Source: an uncultured Flavobacteriales bacterium
Lineage (GTDB): Bacteria > Bacteroidota > Bacteroidia > AKYH767-A > 2013-40CM-41-45
Direction of reading: 5' to 3'
Length of the DNA: 64,000 nucleotides
Assembly: GCA_964355885.1 (NCBI GenBank)
Contig: CAYHFJ010000003.1
Coordinates: forward strand, 2,391 to 66,390
The notes below the pieces were generated by a model. The model was not told the origin of the DNA, searched no databases, and was given only the letters and a program-made list of their open reading frames with translations. Numbering within the stretch: the stretch's first letter is position 1; every line of letters begins with the position of its first letter. Positions 45,270 to 55,812 of the stretch are shown here, in pieces. The translations under genes were made by a program, and so were the position numbers.

Positions 45270-47213
45270 CTAGTATTCTCCTCCAGATGTACGGAGGTTT
45301 AAATTGGAATCCATTTCAAAAAAAGGCAATTTAACAGGCATAAATGCAGTATTTACGGTATCTGTAAGGGTTTTCATAAAAAGTACCAGATGCGATTTCT
45401 CTTCTTCGGTTAAGCCAAGAGAATCAGGAATCAGGGTTTGTTTTGGCACATCCAGCCCTATACCTTTGCCTCCACCCCTGTTATAGAATTCAACGACCTC
45501 TTCTAGTGTCTGAAAAACACCATTATGCATATAAGGCCCTGTAAGTTCTACATTGCGAAGGCTTGAAGTTTTAAAAGAACCATGGTAGATTTCCATCGGA
45601 ATGATGGCCTCTCTTCCGGAATCGTCATCCGGGACAGGATTTTCTAAATCAGCCACTCCGGGAACGCCTATCACCTCCATTTCAGATTCAACATATTCGG
45701 GTGGGACTGTACCATTAAACAGTGGCATAAAATGACAGGAAGCACAGTTTCCCTTTCCAACATAAATATTAAATCCATTCTTTTCTGCCGCTGTCAATAA
45801 ATCCGAATGACCTCGTATTGTTTTATCAAACCTTGAATTGAGTGCTATGAGAGATCTTTCATACTCAGCAATAGCCATTAGAATGGATCTGCCGGTAAGC
45901 AGTGTGTCTTCGGTATCCCGAAAGGCAGTTCGGAATAAATCAACGTACTCTCTGGAACGCCTTAACTTCAGGGCAACAGCTTTAAAATCCGCATGCATCT
46001 CATCGGGATTATTCAATACTTCACTCGCCTGATTCTCGAATGAAAATGACCGGCCATCATGAAACAATTTACGCTGAAGTACAGAGTTTAAAAGTCCGGG
46101 AGCATTCCTTTTAAGCATAGTTCCTTTTTGAAACGATCTGCTTACGGATAGTCCGTCAGCGAATGCCTTCACCGGATTATGACAGGAAGCGCATGCTCTT
46201 TCATTATTTGCAGAAAGCGCGGGATCAAAAAACAACAATCTTCCAAGTTCAACGACTTCACTGCGACTCATGAACGCTTTACCCGGAAGAAAAAAATAAG
46301 AATTAAAGGATCCGGGATCAAAGATGGATCGGATCTCAAGATTCACAGCGGTAGTATTAAAAAAATTATCCTTTACAAGAAAGTGACGGACTTTCCCCAA
46401 CACTTCAGAAGCAGGAATATAATAATCAGAATAGATTGTGAAATAATCAGGTTGATTCAATTTCTCCTGCTCTCTTAAAAACTTCTTTAGCCTATCAAAT
46501 TTTGGGGACAATTCTCTTTTCAATGTCTCAACCCACATGGTATCTGATCTGTACATCTCAGAAATTATTTCCTGAATAGAGGAAGTGAAAGCTATCGCTT
46601 CCGGGATTGCGTTCTTACAATGTGGCGTTTCAATGTTAGTCAGCCCAACAAGAAAAGTCCTGATGAGACCCAGCTGTGCCGCTTCAAATATTTCTCTTTG
46701 GGGGAATTCCACACTACTTATGGACTTTGGCCAGTTCTGCACAATTTTTAAAATACCATTTATTTCTTTTCTTCTTTCTCCGGCAGCAGAAGCCGAACTA
46801 TCAGTATAAATTAAACGTTCCAGAACCTGAAATCCATGTGGCAGATAAATAATTGATACCTCATCGTCCTCTTCAGGATAAGGAAGATCTGGCGGGTTGA
46901 GGGCGAGAGCGTCGCCGGGAAAAAAATGAATAATAAATGATTCGAGTTCCTTATAAACATCGCGTGAATCGAGAAAAGTATTTTTAAGTTTATCAAAGCT
47001 TTTTTGTTTAGGTTTGGCATCCGCGAGAGCCTCCATCTCCTCAAGCAAGGAAACCAGCACAAGTGATTTCTTAGTCAGAATATTTTTAAATACCTGCTCC
47101 TGCTCATTTACCTTAACCACGGAAGCATCAAAAGAAGAAAATGCAAACAAGACCATCGTAAGCAGAGGAAAAAAGTAAAGTACTTTACGCGGGATTTTTT
47201 TCTGAATCAGCAT
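45270..47213 (-). CDS. Di-haem cytochrome c peroxidase family protein (CCP/MauG-like) with a ~330-aa N-terminal extension
   Basis: 647 aa. Signal peptide. Two CxxCH motifs (ERACASCHNP and GNCASCHFMP) about 150 aa apart in the C-terminal half. PYMHNGVF near the end. Confidence 0.75.
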   Translation of the reverse strand: MLIQKKIPRKVLYFFPLLTMVLFAFSSFDASVVKVNEQEQVFKNILTKKSLVLVSLLEEMEALADAKPKQKSFDKLKNTFLDSRDVYKELESFIIHFFPGDALALNPPDLPYPEEDDEVSIIYLPHGFQVLERLIYTDSSASAAGERRKEINGILKIVQNWPKSISSVEFPQREIFEAAQLGLIRTFLVGLTNIETPHCKNAIPEAIAFTSSIQEIISEMYRSDTMWVETLKRELSPKFDRLKKFLREQEKLNQPDYFTIYSDYYIPASEVLGKVRHFLVKDNFFNTTAVNLEIRSIFDPGSFNSYFFLPGKAFMSRSEVVELGRLLFFDPALSANNERACASCHNPVKAFADGLSVSRSFQKGTMLKRNAPGLLNSVLQRKLFHDGRSFSFENQASEVLNNPDEMHADFKAVALKLRRSREYVDLFRTAFRDTEDTLLTGRSILMAIAEYERSLIALNSRFDKTIRGHSDLLTAAEKNGFNIYVGKGNCASCHFMPLFNGTVPPEYVESEMEVIGVPGVADLENPVPDDDSGREAIIPMEIYHGSFKTSSLRNVELTGPYMHNGVFQTLEEVVEFYNRGGGKGIGLDVPKQTLIPDSLGLTEEEKSHLVLFMKTLTDTVNTAFMPVKLPFFEMDSNLNLRTSGGEY

Positions 47214-47278
47214 GATTTTTCTGTCCGGAAATTCTTAAATTAAAGAAAACAATTTTATTGTCACTGCTGTGTGAAAAA

Positions 47279-48202
47279 TCAATGCATCCGCTCCCGCTTG
47301 ATGAGAAAGGGAAGTAGTACATGTTGATATCCTTCATGGATATCCGCCTCCACAAAATCAATTCTGAATTGTGCACATCGCAAGATTAATTCTTTTTTAT
47401 AATCAGACATGGCTTTTACGTAAGTTTCTTTGATTTCGTTAGAATGGACTTTAACTTCTTCCCCTGATTCTACATCAACGAACAGGTACGGACGATTATC
47501 AAATCGAAACTCCTCTTCTTTGCTTTTATCTGTTACATGAAAAAGTACAACTTCATGTTTGTTGTGCTTCAAATGCTGCAATGCGGCAAATAATTCCCCC
47601 GGATCTTCCGCACTCTCCATCATGTCACTGAATATAATGACAAGTGACCTTCTGTGGATTGTCTCCGCGATCTGATGCAAAGCCGCAGCGGCTGAAGTTA
47701 ATCTGCCTGTTTGAACCGGAGGACCTGCAATCAATTTCTCCAACTCCGCAAACATCATCTTATGGTGTACAGGATTAGATCGTGCCCCTGTATTCAATTC
47801 GACATGATCAGAAAATATGCTAAGGCCAACAGCATCCCGTTGCATCCGCATTAAATGTGTCAATGCGGCGGCGCAGTGCACTGAAAAACTTATTTTATTC
47901 AGAGTCCCGCTTTTCCCGACTTCTGGGAAATGCATGGAAGAAGAGTTATCAATTATTAACTGACAACGAAGATTGGTTTCTTCTTCATAGCGTTTGACAA
48001 ACACCTTATCTGATCTGCCAAAAAGTTTCCAATCAATGTGCTTGGTAGATTCACCGGTATTATATAAGCGATGCTCCGCGAATTCAACAGAAAATCCGTG
48101 GAAAGGGCTTTTATGCAGTCCTGTAATAAACCCTTCAACAACCTGACGTGCGAGCAATTCCAGGTGGCCAAACTGACGAATATCTGCTTGATTTATTGGC
48201 AT
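47279..48202 (-). CDS. DUF58 family protein (vWA-like, usually MoxR-associated)
   Basis: 307 aa. Motifs GLHKSPFHGFSVEFAEHRLYNTGESTKHIDWKLFGRSDKVFVKRYEEETN and IIFSDM. Confidence 0.75.
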   Translation of the reverse strand: MPINQADIRQFGHLELLARQVVEGFITGLHKSPFHGFSVEFAEHRLYNTGESTKHIDWKLFGRSDKVFVKRYEEETNLRCQLIIDNSSSMHFPEVGKSGTLNKISFSVHCAAALTHLMRMQRDAVGLSIFSDHVELNTGARSNPVHHKMMFAELEKLIAGPPVQTGRLTSAAAALHQIAETIHRRSLVIIFSDMMESAEDPGELFAALQHLKHNKHEVVLFHVTDKSKEEEFRFDNRPYLFVDVESGEEVKVHSNEIKETYVKAMSDYKKELILRCAQFRIDFVEADIHEGYQHVLLPFLIKRERMH

Positions 48203-48244
48203 AAATAATTATTGACTGAGATAATAAACTACCCTAAAAAAGAT

Positions 48245-48278
48245 CATAAAAAAAACCGGATGATACTATCCGGTTTTT
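48245..48278 (-). terminator. Rho-independent terminator of trxA
   Basis: Stem accggat (48255-48261) with atccggt (48268-48274). On the minus strand it is followed by a T9 run. Confidence 0.7.
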
Positions 48279-48292
48279 CCAGTTAAAGTCAT

Positions 48293-48613
48293 TCAGGAAA
48301 TCTGTGCATTCAATTTATTCGCAAGAACAGATTTTGGCACAGCACCTACTTGCTTGTCAACCACTTCACCATTTTTAAAAATGAGAAGCGTGGGAATATT
48401 CCTAATTCCAAAGTTGGTGGAGATGTTTGGATTAGTGTCAACATTCACCTTTCCTACAATGGCTTTACCATCATAATCCTTGGAAAGTTCTTCAACAATG
48501 GGTCCGACCATTCTGCAAGGTCCACACCATTCAGCCCAGAAATCCACCAATACAGGTTTATCAGATTTCAATACAAGCTCTTCAAAATTCGCGTCTGTTA
48601 ATTCAATTGCCAT
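48293..48613 (-). CDS. trxA: Thioredoxin
   Basis: 106 aa. FWAEWCGPCR active site. Confidence 0.95.
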   Translation of the reverse strand: MAIELTDANFEELVLKSDKPVLVDFWAEWCGPCRMVGPIVEELSKDYDGKAIVGKVNVDTNPNISTNFGIRNIPTLLIFKNGEVVDKQVGAVPKSVLANKLNAQIS

Positions 48614-48708
48614 TTTTTATGATTCTAAGTAATTAATAAATTTTCCCTTTGGTAATATACTCACAATAAACGACCCAAGATAGAATATATGCCATTCTTA
48701 CAGGCAAA

Positions 48709-51700
48709 TTAATTCAGTTTACACTCTAGACCTTTAATTGCGTTTAAACTGTCAATCAGACCTGTATTGACATGCACTTTGAGCCTTCTGGAGGGTAATT
48801 CAACGCCTAAGTTCTGGGTACTGTCAATTACATTGAATTTTACAACACAATTTCCGGGGGAATTGTTCAATAAATCGGTCATTTGATTTAACAATTCTTT
48901 GGAGACAGACTGTATGGGCATTTTAAGCGTCAGCGTTCTGGCCAGTTTGTCACTTACATCGGACAAATAATAAATAGTATTGGGGCGAACCTCAAATTGA
49001 TCCGAAGAATTGAATCTACTTTGAACTTTTGCTTTGACATAAATGAACGAACCTTCCACTAAGCATGCCTTCATATTAAAATAATCTTCGCCGAACAAAG
49101 CCATGCGAATCGTTCCGGTAAAATCTTCAATGCTGAAGGTGGCAAATGGCTTTCCCGTTTTACTCATACGATGATTTACTTCGGAGAGAATTCCAGCGAG
49201 AGTGACTTCCTTATTCTTCAATTTATCCGGCTCAGTAAGCTGATCGATACTATGTGAACAAAAAGTTTGAATCTCAAATCGGTAATCATCCAAAGGGTGT
49301 CCGGAAATATAGAAGCCTATGACCTCCTTCTCCCTTTTTAATTTCTCGATCGCGCCCCAAGGTTCACAATCCGCAAGATTTGGCACCGTGATATGATCCT
49401 GAGTGTCCTCACCGAACAATGAATTTTGCATGGAAGACTGCTGTGAGGACATGGCATTTCCAAAGCGGATAGCTCTTTCTATACCTGTCATGGGATCCTT
49501 TGAATCTCCTTCCAGATACTGTGCACGATGTACTCCTTCGAAACAATCCAATGCTCCGGATTGGGCCAAACTTTCAAGGCATTTTTTATTGACTCCCTTA
49601 GCACTCACTCTTCTGGTTAAGTCGAATATGCTTGTAAATGGTCCATTTTCCTTCCGCTCCGCGATCAACGAAATGACTGCACTTTCTCCCACCCCTTTAA
49701 TAGCACCTAATCCAAAACGTATCTGACTTTTATTATTCACCGCGAAATCGTAAACACTTTCATTCACATCCGGGCCAAGTACCGGCAAATTCATTCGTCG
49801 GCATTCTTCCATGAAGAATGTGATCTTATCAATGTTGCTTAGGTTGTGTGTGAGTACAGAAGACATGTACTCAGCCGGATAATGAGCCTTCAGGAAAGCT
49901 GTCTGAAAAGCGACAAAAGCATAACAGGTAGAGTGTGATTTGTTGAATGCGTAAGATGCGAATGCTTCCCAATCTGTCCAGATCTTTTCACAAATTTTAG
50001 GATCATGACCGTTCGACTTACAGCCATCCATGAACTGGGATTTCATTTTATCCAGAATTTCTTTCTGCTTTTTTCCCATTGCTTTTCGCAAGGTATCAGC
50101 ATCTCCTTTTTTGAAGTTCGCGAGTTTCTGTGAGAGCAACATTACCTGCTCCTGATAAACAGTAATTCCATAAGTCTCCTGCAGGTATTCTTGCATGACA
50201 GGTAAATCGAAGGAGACTTTCTGTTTCCCATTTTTACGCGCAATAAAATCCGGAATGTATTCCAGAGGACCCGGTCGAAAAAGGGCGTTCATGGCAATGA
50301 GATCCTCAAATTTGTCCGGACGAAGATCTTTCAGGTATTTCTGCATTCCCGCCGATTCAAACTGAAAGGTTCCATTTGTTTCTCCGCGCTGATATAACTC
50401 AAGCGTTTTGATATCATCGAGAGGAATTGTATCAATGTCAATTTTTACGCCATGTTTCTCTTCAATGAGTTTGAGTGAATCCCGAATAATCGTAAGTGTC
50501 TTTAGCCCGAGAAAGTCCATCTTTATTACTCCCGCATCTTCGATCACCCTTCCATCATACTGTGTGATGAGAAGTTCAGTCTCCTTAGAGGTGGCAACAG
50601 GTATAATATCAGTGAGATCCTTTGGCGCGATGATTATTCCTGCCGCATGTATACCCGTATTTCTTACAGATCCTTCAAGAATCAATGCTTCACGCAACAC
50701 ACTTGCAGCAAGGTCCTTCCCTTCATAAATTTTTCTGAGTTTTTTTACCTCTTCGATCTCATCACTGTTGAGGTTCTCCTTTTCACGCAAACTTTTCGGT
50801 CCGTCAATAGGTGCCTTCAGAACGCGATTCAATTCAATTCCCGGACGATCAGGAACGTGTTTCGCGAGGATATTGGATTCCTGCAAAGGGAGATCCATGA
50901 CACGTGCGACATCCTTGATGCTCATCTTTGCTGCCATGGTACCGTAGGTCACTATCTGAGCGACCTGATTTCGTCCATATTTATCTACTACATAATCAAT
51001 AACTTTTTGTCTGCCCGCATCGTCAAAATCAGTATCAATATCGGGCATGCTCTTACGATCAGGATTGAGGAAACGCTCGAACAGCAAATTGTATTTCAGC
51101 GGATCTATATTAGTAATCCCAATAGAATAAGCGACAGCGGAACCGGCAGCGGAACCTCTGCCCGGACCGACTAATACACCCAGTTCGCGTCCGGCTTTGA
51201 TGAAATCGGCAACAATTAGAAAATAACCGGCAAAACCCATTGTTTTGATAGTGAACAATTCAAAATTCAATCGTTCTTCAACTTCAGGAGTAATTTCAAC
51301 ATAACGTTTTCTTGCACCTTCCATAGTGAGGTGCATGAGGTATTCATCCTGCGAGGTAAAGTTATCCGGAAGGGAAAAGTGTGGTAATAAAATATCCTTT
51401 TTTAATTTTAAAGGCTCCACTTTACCAACAATTTCATTGGTATTATCTATTGCTTCGGGCAGGTCAGCGAATAAAACGGACATCTCATCCGTCCTCTTAA
51501 AGTAAAACTGGTCGTTATAAAAAGCAAATCGCTTTCCCCGGGAAGAATTCTCATCTGTGGAAAACTCCTTCATCGATGGAGTGCTTTGCTTTTCACCGGT
51601 ATTGATACATAAAAGAATATCGTGAGCGTTGAAATCATCCTGATTCACATAGTGAGAATCATTCGAAGCGATTACCTTAACATTATACTTTACAGCCCAC

Positions 51701-52299
51701 TTCAATAAAACCGCATTAACCTTGTTCTGCTCCGGAATATCATGGCGTTGTAATTCGATGTAATAATCCTCTCCGAAAAGATCAAGCCACCATTTAAATT
51801 CCTTCTCTCCTTCAGCCTCACTTTTATCAATGATCATTCTTGGAACAGATGCACCAAGACAACAAGTTGTAGCGATAAGCCCTTTATGATATTTTAACAC
51901 AAGCTCTTTATCAATTCTCGGGTATTTTCCGTAAAGCCCATCGATGAATCCTAATGAACACAGCTTGACCAGATTACTATATCCCTCTGAATTCTTTGCT
52001 AAAAATAGCTGGTGAAAACGGCGATCCCTATCTTCTTTCGTGAATTGTCTCTTATGGCGGTCCTCTACCAGATAAAATTCACATCCGACAATAGGTTTGA
52101 TCAAATTCGGATTATCTTTCGTATTGTGCTTGGAAGCCTCCGCAACAAATTTAAAAACGCCAAACATATTACCATGATCTGTAATGGCAAGAGCGGGCAT
52201 TTTATCTTCAACAGCTTTCTTGTATAAGCGGGAAATATCTGCAGCTCCATCCAACAATGAAAACTGAGTATGAACGTGCAGGTGTGAGAACGTAGGCAT
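48709..52299 (-). CDS. dnaE: DNA polymerase III alpha subunit
   Basis: 1196 aa. PHP domain FSHLHVHTQFSLLDGA, PDIDTDF and a C-terminal OB-fold region. Confidence 0.95.
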   Translation of the reverse strand: MPTFSHLHVHTQFSLLDGAADISRLYKKAVEDKMPALAITDHGNMFGVFKFVAEASKHNTKDNPNLIKPIVGCEFYLVEDRHKRQFTKEDRDRRFHQLFLAKNSEGYSNLVKLCSLGFIDGLYGKYPRIDKELVLKYHKGLIATTCCLGASVPRMIIDKSEAEGEKEFKWWLDLFGEDYYIELQRHDIPEQNKVNAVLLKWAVKYNVKVIASNDSHYVNQDDFNAHDILLCINTGEKQSTPSMKEFSTDENSSRGKRFAFYNDQFYFKRTDEMSVLFADLPEAIDNTNEIVGKVEPLKLKKDILLPHFSLPDNFTSQDEYLMHLTMEGARKRYVEITPEVEERLNFELFTIKTMGFAGYFLIVADFIKAGRELGVLVGPGRGSAAGSAVAYSIGITNIDPLKYNLLFERFLNPDRKSMPDIDTDFDDAGRQKVIDYVVDKYGRNQVAQIVTYGTMAAKMSIKDVARVMDLPLQESNILAKHVPDRPGIELNRVLKAPIDGPKSLREKENLNSDEIEEVKKLRKIYEGKDLAASVLREALILEGSVRNTGIHAAGIIIAPKDLTDIIPVATSKETELLITQYDGRVIEDAGVIKMDFLGLKTLTIIRDSLKLIEEKHGVKIDIDTIPLDDIKTLELYQRGETNGTFQFESAGMQKYLKDLRPDKFEDLIAMNALFRPGPLEYIPDFIARKNGKQKVSFDLPVMQEYLQETYGITVYQEQVMLLSQKLANFKKGDADTLRKAMGKKQKEILDKMKSQFMDGCKSNGHDPKICEKIWTDWEAFASYAFNKSHSTCYAFVAFQTAFLKAHYPAEYMSSVLTHNLSNIDKITFFMEECRRMNLPVLGPDVNESVYDFAVNNKSQIRFGLGAIKGVGESAVISLIAERKENGPFTSIFDLTRRVSAKGVNKKCLESLAQSGALDCFEGVHRAQYLEGDSKDPMTGIERAIRFGNAMSSQQSSMQNSLFGEDTQDHITVPNLADCEPWGAIEKLKREKEVIGFYISGHPLDDYRFEIQTFCSHSIDQLTEPDKLKNKEVTLAGILSEVNHRMSKTGKPFATFSIEDFTGTIRMALFGEDYFNMKACLVEGSFIYVKAKVQSRFNSSDQFEVRPNTIYYLSDVSDKLARTLTLKMPIQSVSKELLNQMTDLLNNSPGNCVVKFNVIDSTQNLGVELPSRRLKVHVNTGLIDSLNAIKGLECKLN

Positions 52300-52458
52300 G
52301 GAATTAAAATCGGAATAAAGGTTGGTGGAACTTGAGTTGTAAAGATAAAAATCCTGAGCGTTCTGGCAAGGAAAGAGTTTTCAGCAGAGACCTATGTTTT
52401 TCATCTTTAGGAAAGAAGGTTTTGAACAATAGCTCAAACCGGAGTCGGTTTCTTCTTC

Positions 52459-53664
52459 TTACAAAATCAGCTCCCTTGAATCAAAAGCATCACGTAATCC
52501 ATTTGCAACAAAAGTAAAGGCCATTGTAAGAAACATGATCGCAAGTCCGGGAAAAATTGCAAGGTGTGCATAAGCCGGAATGATAATATAGCCGTAATTC
52601 TCTTTAATCATGGCTCCCCAGGAAGGTGTTGGTGGTTGTGCTCCGATACCAAGAAAACTTAAACCGGCCTCAAGCAGGATAGCCGTGGAGAAATTAGCTG
52701 CGGCAATCACCAGAACCGGGCCCATTATATTCGGGAGCATGTGACTGGTCAGGATTCTACCTGCCGTAAAACCCATAGCTTTTCCGGCTGCCACGAATTC
52801 CAGTTCACGCACACTGAACAACTGCCCCCTTACGATCCGTGCGACATCAACCCACATTGTCAATCCAACAGCGATAAATACCTGTTCAAATCCCTTTCCG
52901 AGAACAAGTGTGATGGCAATAACCAGGAGAAGTGTAGGAATTGACCAAACAACGTTAATGAGCCAAACGATAGCCTGATCGACCTTCCCTCTGAAAAAGC
53001 CTGCTAATGAGCCTAAAAAGGTCCCAAGCAATAAAGAAATAACAACGGCAATCAGGCCTACTCCGAATGTGACTCTTGTCCCTGCCAATAAGCGGCTGAG
53101 AAGATCGCGTCCGAAACGATCTGTTCCAAACCAGAATGTTTGGGTAACAATATTATTTTGAATAAAGTCTTGTTGTAATTGTTCGATGTCACTTTTCGTT
53201 TGGCCTGATTCTGTTTGAATTCCGGAAGTACCTGGTTCTTCATCCGAGACAGGAACCTGATTGGAACCGTTCATTGCTACGGCAATATTCACACGATTAT
53301 CCGGCATTCCAACTGAACCCGAACCAACAAATTCATTATAAATTAAATCAGATCCTTCAAATCGATATGAGGTGACAGGGATAAAGTTGTAGCTATCTTT
53401 TACTCCAAGAAACAATCGTGAAAAAACAGAAGTTGTCTCCGTACTATTTGATTTTTTCAGCTTGATTAATTGTATCTCAGCACCGGGAGGCAGGTTCCCC
53501 AGTGCTAAATTCATTCGGTTCGCATTGGGTGTATTATCAGGAATAAAAAGGTAGCAAAAAAAAGAAATAAAAACAGCCGCAAGAATGATGACCAAACCGA
53601 ATACAGATAAACGATTTCGACAAAACCTTTTCCAAACTTTTCTTCCCGGTGATTCGTTATTCAT
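52459..53664 (-). CDS. ABC transporter permease (DppC/OppC-like) with an enlarged first periplasmic loop
   Basis: Start moved to MNNESPGRKVWKRF (ATG 53664) to avoid overlapping the upstream gene. Motifs FGTDRFGRDLLSRLLAG and EAA-type loop FVAAGKAMGFTAGRILTSHMLPN. Confidence 0.8.
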   Translation of the reverse strand: MNNESPGRKVWKRFCRNRLSVFGLVIILAAVFISFFCYLFIPDNTPNANRMNLALGNLPPGAEIQLIKLKKSNSTETTSVFSRLFLGVKDSYNFIPVTSYRFEGSDLIYNEFVGSGSVGMPDNRVNIAVAMNGSNQVPVSDEEPGTSGIQTESGQTKSDIEQLQQDFIQNNIVTQTFWFGTDRFGRDLLSRLLAGTRVTFGVGLIAVVISLLLGTFLGSLAGFFRGKVDQAIVWLINVVWSIPTLLLVIAITLVLGKGFEQVFIAVGLTMWVDVARIVRGQLFSVRELEFVAAGKAMGFTAGRILTSHMLPNIMGPVLVIAAANFSTAILLEAGLSFLGIGAQPPTPSWGAMIKENYGYIIIPAYAHLAIFPGLAIMFLTMAFTFVANGLRDAFDSRELIL

Positions 53665-53668
53665 TTCT

Positions 53669-54805
53669 TCAACGTGTGACTCTGCCTTTCCATTGGAATG
53701 TACCGAATGGGGCAATGGCACCAATCAGTACGATATAAATCCAGTAGAAAAACTGTACGGGTAAAAATAACCATAAAAGGGAACGCTTGTGAAAGAAGCT
53801 TGCCATTGAATTCAACAACAACAGTTCACAAATAAATATTAAGGTAATGGAGAGAATAAAAAGCATATTCATGCTCTCCTGAGTAATAATAATAGCGAGA
53901 GAAAGCAGCAGGAAAGCATGTGTGAGCCAGGATAAAGAGGCAATAACAATCGTAAACGGAGTGAGAGCAAAAGGAATTTTTCCTGCCCATCTTTTGCGCT
54001 GCTGAACAAACTCCTTTCTGCCGGAAGTGCCTTGAGTTGTGACAACCGCACCGGAATCCTTTAGAAAAAAAACGCGTTCAGGAGCATGCCTTGAAACTTT
54101 GAGGAGAAGCTGTGTATCATCACCACTGGCAATCGTTACAGGGGCATCGAATCCCTTAAGTTCTTCAAATATCGTTTTAGTAAACATCAGGTTGGCACCA
54201 TTACACATGACCGGCCGGTTTCGGGAAATACCGGCTGCAGCAATTCCAACCAATCCCATGAATTCAAGAGCCTGTGCTTTAGTAAACATGGATCTCCCCG
54301 AGTCAATACTGACAGGGCCGGCAATAAATAGTGCCTGTTGCTTGAGAAAATAATGCTGCATGGATTTTATCCATGTTGGTGGTACTATACTATCAGCATC
54401 AGTGAGAAGGATAAGATCATTTCGGGACTTGGAAATGGCAAATGTAATGGCGGCCTTTTTCGAACCGCCTTCTTTGCCCGTGAGTTTAATCAAATTGATA
54501 TTGAGCTCCGGGTGCTGTGAAATAAATTCAAGCACAATTTTAGCGGTTTCATCCTCTGAATGATCATCCACAACGAGAATCTCAAAATGAGTGAAGGGAT
54601 AATTCTGGATACTAAGGGCATTAAGACAAGCTAGAATATTTTTCTCTTCGTTGCGTGCGGAGATAATGACACTCAGATTTTTAAATGTCATTGAGGAAGT
54701 GGAATCCTCCTCCGGAATATTTTTCCAGGAAAAATAACACCACAAGATGAATGCAGAGAAACAAACTGAGAGAAAAACCAAAATACTGAAAACATGAATC
54801 ATCAT
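53669..54805 (-). CDS. Membrane-anchored family-2 glycosyltransferase
   Basis: 378 aa. Motifs SVIISARNEEKNI, ILVVDDHSEDET, LLTDADS and QRKRW. Transmembrane segments at both ends. Confidence 0.8.
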   Translation of the reverse strand: MMIHVFSILVFLSVCFSAFILWCYFSWKNIPEEDSTSSMTFKNLSVIISARNEEKNILACLNALSIQNYPFTHFEILVVDDHSEDETAKIVLEFISQHPELNINLIKLTGKEGGSKKAAITFAISKSRNDLILLTDADSIVPPTWIKSMQHYFLKQQALFIAGPVSIDSGRSMFTKAQALEFMGLVGIAAAGISRNRPVMCNGANLMFTKTIFEELKGFDAPVTIASGDDTQLLLKVSRHAPERVFFLKDSGAVVTTQGTSGRKEFVQQRKRWAGKIPFALTPFTIVIASLSWLTHAFLLLSLAIIITQESMNMLFILSITLIFICELLLLNSMASFFHKRSLLWLFLPVQFFYWIYIVLIGAIAPFGTFQWKGRVTR

Positions 54806-55785
54806 ACTTTTCTTCTTCCAAATTTAAACTCAAAAACAAAAAATATACCCAGCAGTGCAGGTAGTGCAAGGTTTAGCAGCCAAAGACAAAAACTCGCATT
54901 GATAACTCCCTGTAGGTTGCCTGTAGCCTGGCTGAAGAAAAAAGTCGCGATGGCACCTCGCACACCCAATTCAGTCAGTGCAAAGGTCGGTACTACAGAC
55001 ATGACAAGATAGGTAACTGCTATGAGCATTAATGCAGTAGGATACGTAAGTTCAACTCCGAACAATTTTAAAAGTATATAAAATTGTCCGGAGAACACAA
55101 GATATCTGAATAGGGAAAGAAGGAGAAGACGCCATAAGTCTTTGTTCGGAAAGGAAGAGAATACCTTCAAATACCTGTTCCAGTTTTCTGAAAAACGAAG
55201 TTTCCTGAAGAGAGATTGTGTCAAGGCAATGTTAAAAAAGAACAAGAGAGAACCTGCAGTTACGGTGAGCAGAAGTACAATAATGGCATTCTCCAGATAT
55301 TCAGGAATGGTGCTGTACAACTGCAGATAAATTATTGATGCCAGTGACCCAAAGATGAGTGTTATGATCAACTGACTAAAAGTCTCCAGTACTGTCACAA
55401 AAGTTGCTTCAATCCTGTTTGCCTCCCGAAGAAGAAAAACCCTTCCTGCATACTCTCCAATTCTGTTGGGTGTAAAAAAGCTGATTGTTATACCGGAGAA
55501 TACAGCTTCCAGAGAACGCAAGAAGCTGATTGATTCAAGGCGTCGCATTACAAATTGCCATTTTACCGCTTCGATTGACCAGTTAATGAACATCATCAAC
55601 ATGACCAAAATAAACCACCAAAAATTATCACCTTCCCTTAAGGTCATACCGGCACCGACCCACCAATCTTCAGTATTCTCTTTTACGAATACCCTTTTAT
55701 AAATGAACCAAAAGGCCAGAACCGCGATGAGCAGCTTTAAGCCTATCCATAAAGGATTGGATTTATTTTTCTTACTTTGTAGCAT
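54802..55785 (-). CDS. Lysylphosphatidylglycerol-synthase-TM-region (UPF0104, flippase-like) membrane protein
   Basis: 327 aa, polytopic. FFTPNRIGEYAGRVFLL motif. 4-nt overlap with the downstream GT2. Confidence 0.6.
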   Translation of the reverse strand: MLQSKKNKSNPLWIGLKLLIAVLAFWFIYKRVFVKENTEDWWVGAGMTLREGDNFWWFILVMLMMFINWSIEAVKWQFVMRRLESISFLRSLEAVFSGITISFFTPNRIGEYAGRVFLLREANRIEATFVTVLETFSQLIITLIFGSLASIIYLQLYSTIPEYLENAIIVLLLTVTAGSLLFFFNIALTQSLFRKLRFSENWNRYLKVFSSFPNKDLWRLLLLSLFRYLVFSGQFYILLKLFGVELTYPTALMLIAVTYLVMSVVPTFALTELGVRGAIATFFFSQATGNLQGVINASFCLWLLNLALPALLGIFFVFEFKFGRRKV

Positions 55786-55812
55786 AAATGAAGCTTACAA
55801 GTATACATAAAT

